A stretch of DNA of 60,677 nt, counting the filler, from Hausera hauseri (lineage: Eukaryota): NCBI GenBank assembly GCA_046269625.1. It is 13 parts of 13 records of this genome, joined end to end, with 100 filler letters (N's around TTAATTAATTAA, not from the genome) between each part and the next. Parts side by side here need not be neighbours in the genome. Positions count along the whole stretch, not along the records: positions 13,113 to 17,054 come from JBJURY010869960.1; positions 17,155 to 23,082 come from JBJURY010167197.1; positions 23,183 to 27,450 come from JBJURY010667330.1; positions 27,551 to 32,291 come from JBJURY010453912.1; 9 more parts are not named here. One strand, 5' to 3'. Under the pieces are notes generated by a model, which had not been told where the DNA came from, searched no databases, and saw only the letters and a program-made list of their open reading frames with translations. A program made the translations under genes and the position numbers. The stretch's first letter is position 1. Each line of letters opens with the position of its first letter. This document shows positions 13,153 through 28,340 of the stretch, piece by piece.

Positions 13153-16100
13153 TTACAATGCCACATGTCCGTGAGGTAGTGTGTATATTCCATCGCTGAG
13201 TATCTGCCTCTTGTCATCCATCCAATCTAGGCTTTACTTATGCAGTGTTACAGTTTGTATATTATGATACCTAGATTGGATCCTTTTCATTTCCCATATA
13301 ATGTGAGTCTGCTCTTGCAGAACTGTCACATAGTCCTGAAAACTGATCTTGGCCAATGTAGCTCTTTGAACCCCTTTTGCCCGCCTCTTTATTTGACCAC
13401 ATACATCTAGGGCGTACATTTTAGATCTGAGAGCCACGAATCTCGAGATTATTGCTAAATTCACCTCATCTTTGAATTTCCCAAGGACTTTCTTGTTGGC
13501 AATTGAATAATTTGGATGTTCCTTCGGATAGTCCGAGGTATCCATGTGTTCAGCCAACTGGGCAAAGTCCTCATAAATATCCTCTGTACGGATCTGATAG
13601 ATTAAACTATCAGTATCCATATACATCAGCTGCATGTACTTGAACTTGGGGGCCATGACGTTGTAGTGGAAGTCATACATCAAGGTCTTTGACAGGTCGA
13701 GGATTGCCATATCCACATATATGGGCATGTTGAATACCAAGGATGTTTTCAGCATATGTATGTTGACCAAGTTCTCAGTATGTATGGTTCTGCTGTGGAA
13801 GTTGGGCTTGGCAATGAGCTTCTTTGCCCGCTTCCAGTCACATAGTACCTCAATGTTAATCCTGTTGCGGATATTTTCCATGTACTTGCCAAAGACCGAG
13901 TTGTTGTAAAGCTTGAACTGGTCCTTCTCAAAGTCGTTAATGGCATTTGTCCGCAGCTTCGTATTGAGATCTATGTAAGGCTGCAGTCACATGGACTGGC
14001 TGAACTGCCGGGCTCTATGGATCTTGGTAATACGAAGTCCATGTCTAACTGCCTGCTGGAGATTGATGTAATGGATTACATACCTCTCCCTATTACCAAG
14101 ATGACAGAGCAGTTTTTTATGCTTTCCATGGGGCGGAGGAATGCTCTCAGGGAGGAAAGGCAGCTGTTGATGCCTTGCGTGGATGGATGCCGGATATTCC
14201 ATATTTATATCCAGTATGTAGCCCGTATTTCCAGTGGGATCCAAGTCCAATATAGGGATGTTTTCAGGATTCTCGACTTATTTGAAATTATCATATGGCA
14301 ATGGGACGCTCATTGCCCATTCAAACAAGTTTTTGGCATACAGGTGTGATATATATGAGGATTCCTCAGATGGATCATACTGGGCCATATATTTGTTGTT
14401 GGCCTCACTATACCGGTGAATGGCCTGACATATTCCCCTCTAATGCCTCTCTCGATCATAAGGATCATGTGTAATCCTTAATGATCTGCAACGTAATACC
14501 AGTATATCTCAGCATAGCTGCCAAGCTCATCCCTGGAGCTGTAAAGAAATGAGCCGGATACAAAGTATGGATCTTCATTGTAACATCACTGAAGCTCTCA
14601 AAGACATCTGTCAGCAGCAGCACGTCCGTCTTGAGGTACATGTCGCTGTATTCCCCTATTGTCCGGCATTGGAATGTCTGCCAGACGTTCTGAGCATGCT
14701 GGTAGTCCTCATTACTGATATCCCAGTCCGACAACTGGCTATAAAAGCCATCCTTGGGCGGTAATGAGGTCTCATCCAGTGTTTCCCATGATGTTATGTA
14801 GTCGTGGGGAAACACTCCTTTCCTCTTGACTAGGTCAAAGTTAGTGGGGAAGAACCGCTTCGTCTCCTTGATTTCTTCTGCAGGGAGGTTCTTAACTAAA
14901 CTGTCCAGTGACGAGCTCATGAAGCGGAAGCTTTCTGTGAATCGAAGTCGGATTTTTTCCACATGTTTGGTAAAGGTGATGTATTTTTCCTCACTATTAG
15001 GAATGACATCAATGTTCCCATCAATGTTGCCCAGTTCCCGAACAATGAAGTGGGAATCATATTCCCTGAGATTGTGGAACACTACAGGCACACATGTGTG
15101 TGTTTTACAACGCAGATTGTAGTTGCTGCATGCTGCCCCTCGATATGCACCTGCAAATGTCAATAATCCTTGACTGTATGATTATCCTTGATGAAGGACT
15201 TGTCGCACAAGTAACATGTTGTTATCTTGCGCCATTCTTCTTCTTGCTGCTTCGACATGCTCATATTAGCCTTATGCTGCTGAAGCATGTTTTCAAGCCT
15301 ATGAGCCATGTCTTCAAGTCGTTTCATGAAATGTGCTGCTGCACCTGGACCACTGAATAGAAATGGTTCATTGTCCAGTCCTTTTGCATACATGCAACAT
15401 GATGAGAGTTCATGATATTGGTATGCCTTTGTGCTGCTATGTTGAGGATTACGGCTGCACTGTGAACTGGCCTAAGAATGGCTTCAAAGTCTTAATAGAC
15501 TATTATTGGGACCTTGATCTTCTTTTAGAACTCCATGAATTCAATGTATTCCACCTTGTGGAATTCTGGCCTGATGCAGTAATTGTTGTTACAGTACATC
15601 TTGTGCTCCTTCAGCTTCTCCACAGCTAACTTTCCGCTGAAATTGGAAAAGCATCGTTTGCATATTTCGATTATTGTTGTGTGTTTCGTAATTTGGCATC
15701 TGACTAGACGCTCAAAGATCTTGATCCAAATATAATGTTTCTTTTCTCAATCGTCTAGCAGGAGCAGATCTCTATGATCTTTCAATTCAACATCACATAT
15801 CTGCATGGGATAGAATTTGTCCTCATCATCCAATCCAATGACGTTTATGGACATGTGGTTGTTTCGACTGAACCTCTTGACTTCATCTATGGATGGAGAG
15901 AATGTGATACACTGGAAGTCATTGTTGTGCTGCACATCCTTATATAGCCAAACTCGATCTGCTGCATGTTTTGATCCAGTACGAGTTTACATAAAATGGC
16001 ATACATGAAACACTTGTTGTCATCATTAAGGACATTGATGCATGTCTTTTTATTAACGATCCATTCTGAAAGCTGTATATCGGAGCTGCCCCGCATGGGA

Positions 16101-16830
16101 GAGTACATGTGCACATACATAAGCAGTTTCTGTATGGCTACCAGAGTCCATTTACTCTTCTTTTCCTGGCTCTCATCGGCTTCACGGATCAGCTTCCTGT
16201 GTTCCTCATTAAGCCATTCCACTATATTGGTGTTTTCCAATATGGGTCTATTTTTGGTCTTGAAGGCCCTTTTGGATTCCTCGCCATCAACATTGGTGTA
16301 TGTGACCTCCAGTTTCATATTCACTTTAAGGGCTTTGAGCTCAGCCATTCTGTCCTGAAGAATCCCCTCTGTTTCTTCCTTTATGTATAAGAGGAAATCT
16401 CGGAGAGTTGTTTGACCAGTTGCCTCAATAACATGTTTGCAACATTTTCTCTTTAATGCTTCCGCATCCACTGGCCGCTGTCTTTGGCTTTTTGATGGAG
16501 CCGGTGAGTCTGATTTGGCCGTGCCTAATGCTGCTACGCCTGATGGGCCTGGTACGCATAATACGGCTGCGCGTTTCAATTCGCTAATATTCTTCGCAGC
16601 TGCTGCACCAGATCCAGCAGCATAATGCGAAGCAGAATACTGCGAAGCATCATACTGCTATGCATCATACTGCGAAGCAGATGCATCAATATTATGTTGC
16701 TCATTATAGATGCCTTCTTTGATTTTGATGCTAAGTGACTCAAATGATCTTTGTGATCATAATAGAACTGTATGTAATCTGCACCGCATACAGTCTCGCA
16801 TCCCGGACATATGTAATGTTGGATCATTTT
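13153..16830 (-). pseudogene. Polinton/Maverick PolB polyprotein (copy B), near full length, disrupted
   Basis: N-terminal Cys/His module, terminal-protein-like region, EndoVII-like Zn motif, ExoII FHNLREYDSHF, YLKTDVLLL, KLYNNSVFGK, YMDTDS, DDKR...PHGH. Confidence 0.94.
16615..16690. repeat. Short degenerate ~15-bp tandem repeat (CATACTGCGAAGCAG-like) in the PolB N-terminal linker
   Basis: Repeated tgcgaagca/catactgc units. Confidence 0.7.
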
Positions 16831-17453
16831 GGATTTGTGTCCATAATACCGCTGAATCCTTTCATGACACTGTTGCGGATTATGTGCTTTGGATGTGCAA
16901 TAAGTGTGAGGAGGAAAAATTTTGGAAAAAAATGTGGAAAAGCTGCGGAAATTCTTAAAGGATGGGGATGTGAGTAGGAATTTAAACGAATATTGATGTT
17001 TGAATTTAATTCAAAGTCAATTAAATAAATAGCCAATATAAAGTCGAGAAATTCNNNNNNNNNNNNNNNNNNNNNNNNNNNNNNNNNNNNNNNNNNNNTT
17101 AATTAATTAANNNNNNNNNNNNNNNNNNNNNNNNNNNNNNNNNNNNNNNNNNNNTTGACAGACACAAATTGATGGATTTTAAATTGTTGGCAAATGTATA
17201 CGTCGGTAACAATCACGTATTGCCTATTACCTTGTAATGGACAATTGTACATAAATGTAAATATATATACATAATTGATAAAAAAATCAATAATTTTGTA
17301 ATTTCAAATACATAAGCGTTCTCTTGGATTTTCCTTTTGGATTCTTATCGTAATTGTGGATTTTTTTCTTAACCAGATAAAACTACAAATTGGTGTCAGA
17401 TATCATAAAACAACTACAATTGGAAACCAAATCACATAATTCTGCTATCACGC

Positions 17454-20541
<3,088 letters not shown>

Positions 20542-20878
20542 TAAATTCACTTCTTTCACCTACTATTCCTTTACCTGCCACCGCTATCCTGATTGCACGT
20601 TCATATCTTTTGTTTTCATGCACACAATCCGCGCTATATCCTTTTATACTTTACTATTCCCTTAGAATTGTTGCGCTGCAACCCTCCTTTCTTATTTTCA
20701 ATAATAATAAACAATAACTATTAACACTCCAATCAATTCCACGGCACTGCTGCTATACAATTCACTGTCTTCCTCACTCGACACTGCCAATTTTTATATC
20801 ACACATCAAGGCATCACTATGCATCCTGGCGACTCACTTTTGTCTGTTGTATGCAACAATCGCTAAGTAATCCACTTC

Positions 20879-23082
20879 ATGCTCCATTTTCGCCTCCGGG
20901 GTGGATCGGATTCGAATCCATCCAGCTCAGATGACAAATCCACGAATACGGGAAACACCTATTGTTTGCCACACTCCCAACAGACCCGAGGTTTGCTGAA
21001 TTTGCCTTGTGTGGAGTTTTTTCTTGATAAGAAAAACTCCAGCAAACCTTGGCTCCAATTTCACCAACAGTGGCTCAAGTCAAACAACATTATAGACTCG
21101 TTTGTACGAGCAAATAGTCTTCTAATTCTTCTTCCTGCCAACATCAAGCACCAAATTAATAACATTTCTGAACTGCTACAATCACCAACACCCTATGCGA
21201 CACTCTGTGACGCTGTACTGCATGTCACAGATTCTTCAATTGACAATATCATACAAAAATATTTCAATGACTACGCAACAGGGAACCAAAAACCGTCCGA
21301 TTTTCTCAAAACAGCCATTCTCCAACTTAGTGCACTAGGAGTGACCCCAACAAATAACGCACATTTAATTTGTCGTTATTTCCTATCGTCTCTGCCAACC
21401 CCAATCAGAGCCTTGCTGACAGTCGTTGACGAATCCACTGAATTAAAAAACTGGCAATTATGGCTGACAAATCTTTTAAAATTCTTAACACTAGCAGTTC
21501 CCTCCCTGTTGCTGCTGCGACCACATGTACTTCAACCACAGATACAACATTCTTTATTCAGCAATTGCAGACGATGCAGCAACAATTTGATATGCTACAA
21601 CAATCAATCTTGGCCATTACTACAAAACTGAGTAATCTCGATGGGCCTCGACGAAGTGGAACCCGACCTTCTCGGGAGCGAAGCTCTTCAAAGCATTATT
21701 TTAGGTCCATTTCACCTGGAAGACGCATAACTTGTTTCTACCACATGAGTTTTCGAAAGGAAGCAAGGAAATGTTTCTTGGGTTGTCGATACTTTAGTGA
21801 GCGATACGCTATAAACAACCCTATTTGTGTATACCATAACAAATATCAATCACAGGCCAGATCATGTGTGCCTGGTTGTAGACATTATAAAAAAAATCTA
21901 GCTTTTCTTCCTCTTCTTCCTTTCCTCCAAATCCTCCAAAAAACTTATAACGCCGCCAGATGTTACTGCACCTTCTGGCGCAGGCAACTTCGCTCAATCT
22001 TCTGGCCGTTTCAACACCGCCTCTGCAGTCTTTCTGTTGAAAGCTGCACTTTTATGCAGCGATAGTTCACACATCGATTTTCTTATAGATTCAGGAGCTG
22101 CCTTTTCACTCCTTCCGTTGTCCTTCGTTCCTACCTCGACTATGATTTCCTGTCCACCGCTTTTCACTGAAAGTGGACAACCGTTGCACGTTGCAGGAAC
22201 CACGGAATTGACTTTTACATTCGCCAACTTGCCAGATAAGTTTGCCTGGAAGTTCCACGTGGCCAACATTAAATCTCCAATAATCGGCTCAGACTTTCTT
22301 GCCGCCCATGATTTATTGGTAGATTGTAAATACAGCTGTCTTCTAATCAGAAACTCGATTTCAACTTCAAACATTTGTCTCGCAAATGACTTAGCAAGCA
22401 ATTCATTGAACTCATCGGGAAACATATTGAACGTTTCTTCATCTATTAAAAAAACTTCAGATAAAGTTGACAGACCTTCAATTATGAGCGAAAATCTTAT
22501 ATCTATTTTGAAACAGAAATCCAAATTAGGTGTCGACAGTAGCAATGCCAGTTGTTTTTCTTCAGTCATTGCAGCTGTTCTTTCTAAAGATACGCCTCAA
22601 TCATTCTTATCTTTAGACTCCGATCTTAGATCGTATATCACAATATAATGCTTTCGAATAGTTAAAAGAGACATCAACTTCAAGATCTCACCCTCAACTT
22701 ATCATCACATCGTAACGGAGCATCAGAGGCCTAACAAGCAGAAGGTCAGACTTTTGTCGCTACGCAGACGTAAAGCTGTGGAGCAGGAGTTTAATGAACT
22801 GAAAAAGTCTGGCATCGTTCGGCGATCGAATTCACCATGGGCCTCTCCTCTTCATGTAGTGGTAAAAAAAGATGGAACCTATAGTCTATGTGGCGACTAT
22901 CGCCAATTAAACAATATTATTATTACAGATGCCCATCCACTACCATTCATCAAGGATATTCTTCATAGCCTCAGCAACACCAATACTTATTCTACTATTG
23001 ATCTTCACAAGGCCTACCATCAAATCCCTGTTGCGCCTGATGACATTCCAAAAACTGCTGTCATCACACCATTTGGCCTTTA
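20879..23082 (+). mobile_element. Gypsy LTR retrotransposon 5' internal region: gag, aspartic protease and start of RT (frameshifted)
   Basis: gag with two C-x-Y-H...C-x3-C motifs; protease FLIDSGA...IIGSDFL; RT SPWASPLHVV, CGDYRQLN, IDLHKAYHQIP, KTAVITPFGL. Confidence 0.94.
21938..21980 (+). promoter_or_regulatory. Putative gag-pol -1 ribosomal frameshift signal
   Basis: AAAAAAC at 21938-21944 followed by a CGCCAGA/TCTGGCG stem; the homologous copy has A_AAA_AAC immediately before the gag stop (31783-31789, minus strand). Confidence 0.7.
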
Positions 23083-26000
23083 NNNNNNNNNNNNNNNNNN
23101 NNNNNNNNNNNNNNNNNNNNNNNNNNTTAATTAATTAANNNNNNNNNNNNNNNNNNNNNNNNNNNNNNNNNNNNNNNNNNNNTTGACTGCATGTGGGGAG
23201 CGAGCAAGGACCGGAATTTGTCTATTACTTAATAAGTTTTGCTAAACCAAACGAGATTGTCTTAGAAAGAAGACTAAATTGTATCGAAGTTTGAAGTTAT
23301 TATTCAAGTGAATTAATCTATTTCATACACTCTTGGTGCTTTGAACTTTTTCAGTCGTGTTTCATTGAAAACTTCAAATTTCTTGCTTTGACTTTTACGG
23401 GTCTTTGTTAAAAAAATAAAATGAATCGTAAATTGACGATGAACAACTCGTAATCAACGTATAAACCAATATCCCAATTGTGTACGATTTATGTAATCAC
23501 ATTTAAATTTTCATATGCAAAGTTATTTGAATTTTTGCAGTAGCAGCTCAAAATGATCAATAAAATATTATCGACGTTTTTTCGATTTCTTAAAGTGATT
23601 AATTAGATATATTTTATTCGAAAAATTAATGAACATGTTGAATATATCTGGAACTACTGAATAAGTGCTGAATAAATATGGCAACTAAAATTTTGTCGAA
23701 AATTCGTAAACGATTTTTTTGTTTGAACTGAACCAACGTTCTATCTTAATTGTTAAGTGGATGCTTTTAAGTTTTAATGTATTTACCTAACGGTCAGTTT
23801 ATTGATGTTCTGAGGAAACATTATTGACATATTACTAGTGCATTTAGAATTCTTATCAACAATTAAATGAGACAACAAACAATAATCTAAACTTGAACAT
23901 GGGCTTGAAATGGTGCGTTATTTTCTTGACATGGCAGAAATTTTAATAAATACATTTTCTGTTTATGATTATCATTTGTTGCACTTGCAGATTGAAATTC
24001 GATTACCCGTCATTGGGTTTCTTCTGGATAGTTAGGGTTTCTGCAACTAAATACGATTTACAAGCACTTGTATAGTATACAAAATAGAATCGATCAGAAA
24101 ATGAACTAATCAAATTACGTTGTTTGATATCTGAGCCAAAAATTTAACCTTAAATTTTCCAAAAAATATCAAATTGGCATATTGTTAATTTCAGGCATTT
24201 TCATGATAATAAATGTATGACAATTATGCGTATAATAATCGTTGCAATAAGTTGTGAAAAAAGCATTTTGCAAAAGTAATTCATAGCTATTTAATCGAAG
24301 TTATTATCTTTCGAAAAGTTCTGATTGATTTTGCAAATGAAGGTATTTTTTTAAAGAAACGGATTTTATTAGAGCGTTTGCCTTTAAAACCAACAATCCG
24401 TTTGTTGAAAAATAAAGACAGTAGGAAGTATTTAGGTGCCAAGCGAGGTTTTTAAAGTGGTGGTGTATTTATTGCAGTATCAATTCTAATCGTCCTTAGA
24501 ATATGTAAACCATGGGTTAGGAGTAAAGAGTGGATTGGAGCGGCTGGAGCAACAGCCATTGTAGAAAAATAGTTGATAAACAAAAAAGTAAAATCAAGGG
24601 TAAAAATATTTTAAAATTATTCTTAAGTCATCACCTAAAAATCGTTTAGCAGTAATAAAATCATTTCCATCATTTGTGATGGATGATTTTATTGATATTT
24701 TACAAAATATCGTATATTTGTGATTCGTGCATGAGAGGAAATGTACAAATATTCTTTAACATATCGTATCTGGACGAAATAAAGCTGAGAAAAGCAAACG
24801 ACTCATACAGAAAGGTAATAGTATTTATGAATGGTTATTACCACATGCCATATATCGAGCTCAGAAATACTCTACTAACAAATATATCGGTAAATTGGAA
24901 GATTATAAACAATAGAAAGGTAATATTTTATCTATTATGAGAAACGCCTATCCTGATCTTCTGCTACGAGATCATTAAAATGAAATATCCATAATGTGGC
25001 CAACAATAAATCATATTAGTAAGGAGGATAATTGATAAATCTTTCAAAATAACTTCGTCCTTCACATTGTATAATTCTTCTAATATTTTTTATAATTTCT
25101 AATGATTTTCTTTTCCTAAAATAAGTAGTTTCCTTTTGGCATTTTAAGAGTCGAGAAAGGTTTTGAAGGTTTTGAAACACAATAGATAAAAATAGAAACG
25201 AATCGTTTAATAAAACTGGCATGTTATATTGTCATTCTTTAGTGATCGATATGTTTACTAGTATGGGCTAATTTTAGCATCTTAATTAGGATAGATTTTA
25301 CTTATTGTGACGTAAAACATAGGTAGGCTATAGTTTAAAAATATTGTATAACATGTATGTTTTAGTACCAGGTGTTCCACTGGCTATTCATTTTCAGTTT
25401 CTTGCATTACTAAAGTTCAATATAAGTTAATTGTTTTAAAACATTGTTTTTAGATTGTTATTAAATCATTAGGAAATAACATTTTGTGCTAGGAATATTG
25501 TTAAATGGGACATGTTTTATCTTGTAATCATTTCAATGAAAGTGACACCAATTGATAATTTATAATTTATCGTTTCGCGGGTTGATATGATGAGAATTTA
25601 GAATTTTAAGACATTGTGCATATTATTACTCTTTCTGTTGATTAATATTTCAATTATGTTGATATAAATTTGATTTACTCGCGATTTGGTGAGTAATAAC
25701 TTCTAATATGTAATGTTCTTATTCAACGTCACAATCCGACCGATTCGAAATGAGACAAACCAAAAGCCAGAATTACTTTACTAAATTCGAATCCGAATTA
25801 CTAATAAGCGATCAAAATGAGTTATAATTTCAACTGTCACTATCCAATCAACTCATATATAACAGAACAATGCAGAAAAGAGGGTTACGAAAAATATTGA
25901 CATTCGAAAATATTTAATTTTTCGATGAGTTACGAAATTATTTTATTATAGGAATAAATTATTTTATGTCCAACTATTGTTGATATCGTTAATAACACTG

Positions 26001-26738
26001 TGATAAGTGACTGTTCAACATTTTAATTCAATTCGTAATGCATTTTTTTAATAATCACAATTTCTATTAATTTACGTAAATTCAATTTAGAATTTATATA
26101 TTAATAAATTTTAAACATGAAGATCGGCCTTTATGTAGGTTCGGCTTATATATTAAATAATTGTAATGATAAAAGCTTACTTTGATATCCTTCGAATGAA
26201 GTGGTATAGTTTTTGTGTTCTTATTTTCGCATATTTTCTAATTTATATTTGTTAATTTTTATTGATTCTAAAATTTAATTTTTTCAACAAAATATAGATC
26301 ATTAGTCTTCGCTGTTTTTGTTGTCAATATGATACTTGATTTCATTCATTTTAATTGCATCCTTATCGTCGTTATATGGTTTAGGCCACCGATGCCCAAC
26401 TAACAGCTCGCAGGTCAGATGCTGCCCATGAAGCTTCAAAATCTGGCCCATAAATATCATGAAAATTATAAATTTCTTGAAAGATATTCAAGCAAAATTT
26501 TCATTTAAGATCTAGTGATTTTGTTAACATCGATCAATTGATTACTGTTGTAATGCAGCCGTTCTGACTTGTTCCTTCTTGAGATTGGTTGAAGCAGGCT
26601 ATTAGTATCATTCCAATTATGAACAAAGACTCATTACGACTTGAGCTGGTCGAATTCCAAGAAAACGCATAGCAATTTTGGTTGGAGGCTATTTATTTTT
26701 ATTATATTTAGGAATTTCTGGTATCTGAAATGTAGGAC

Positions 26739-27168
26739 TGCTCAAATTTTACTTCTTGAAAAAGTTCATTTTTATTCTTTTGCATTTACGGACTTTGTAT
26801 TTTGCGACACCGAAAAACCGACCGCACCATTGAACTGCCCGTTGCCGAGTTGACCACAAACCGTTTATTTCTCGGCGGTAACATCAGTGGTTTCATTGAA
26901 ATTTAAACCACGTTTCATTTCGCCTACCTTTTCATCTTTGACCGACTTTCTCACATTATTTAAACACGCGAACCCCGTGTTTCCCATATTCTAACGCCCG
27001 TACTCTACACTTTTTCTTATCCATTACTGCTCAATTTTGCTTCTGGAAAAGTTCATTTTTTTGTATTTGCCGGCTTTGTGTTTGCGACACCGAAAAACCG
27101 ACCGCACCTTTGAACTCGCCGTTGTCTAATTGACACGAAACCGTTCATTTCTTGGCAGCAGTGGTTCT
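26739..27168 (+). repeat. Imperfect ~150-bp direct repeat (26739-26895 and 27028-27168)
   Basis: Both copies contain AAAAGTTCATTTTT...TTTGCGACACCGAAAAACCGACCGCACC.TTGAACT. Confidence 0.85.
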
Positions 27169-28340
27169 ATTTCTCGTGTTTTTTCCCCTCCTTGAGGCAG
27201 AAACCCTCTTTTTCCTAGGTAGGTGATTACGCAGGGTCCAGGCCAACCTTGGACTTTGGACCGAACACCTAGACAAATCAGTCAATAGCGATCGAACTTT
27301 TCAAATAAACACCTGGCTGCATTCGGTACTGTGCAGCATAGTGTTCTAGCGGAAAATGTCCCGTAAGGTCCTTGGGAAAAAATCATGAATTTTTCCCACG
27401 GTAGCGCGTCATGCAATACGTGTGATTAATAAATAATTAACGAATAATAANNNNNNNNNNNNNNNNNNNNNNNNNNNNNNNNNNNNNNNNNNNNTTAATT
27501 AATTAANNNNNNNNNNNNNNNNNNNNNNNNNNNNNNNNNNNNNNNNNNNNCCATTCCACAGTCACCTGATTTTTTGTTGAGCATCTTTTGTTTTCCAATA
27601 TTCTCTCTTACATTTCGGCGAATCTCTCTAACATTCTTTTCTACGGAACTTATACCAGTACCAGCCATTTATGGAGAATCTTGTGGATCACATATTCCTG
27701 GTTGCTGTGCTGCTACAGCATTTGTGACTGGAGCAGAACTATCTTGTAATAATGACCGACAACTTGGGTGACGAGAAAACCGTCGACTTTCATTGTTTAT
27801 AGATGTAATGGATTCAGATCTTTAAGGTGACTGAATGATATCTTTTTACTATCTGCTTTGGCTGAACAAGATTCTCTTTTTCCGGGAATTTCAGCGACCA
27901 TAAATTTGTTACTTTGCAGTTCTGGTACATGTAGTTTATAGCGCAATTTTATTCCTTGAGTTTGAGTAACAAACGAATGAACATTAGGAGGTGGTTGGAT
28001 TCTTGGGCAGTAGCATGGATTGACTAACGAACAAAAATCGATTATCATCGGTAAAAATTCGTATGATAAAACTCGGAATTTGGCATTTACGGTCTCTTCG
28101 TACATAATAGTTCCTAACAGTTGCGACAAGAAATGACGAAATTGTAATCATTATCCTGTTCAAATAAAAGCATCCATTGGATTTACAAAGTTTTTTAAAA
28201 TTCTTTTTCACTTCTTTTGAGGCAAATTTTATTCTATTTTCATTAATAAAATACACAGTACCGTAAGTCTTGAAAGCCAATTTATGACTGCATAACTCAG
28301 GGCAGCTGGACTGTGATGGCGTCCGAGTCCTGAGCAGCAT

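Noticed and set aside
23183-26640. Possible exons of a host gene in the AT-rich contig
   Set aside because: No recognisable motif or consistent splice model.
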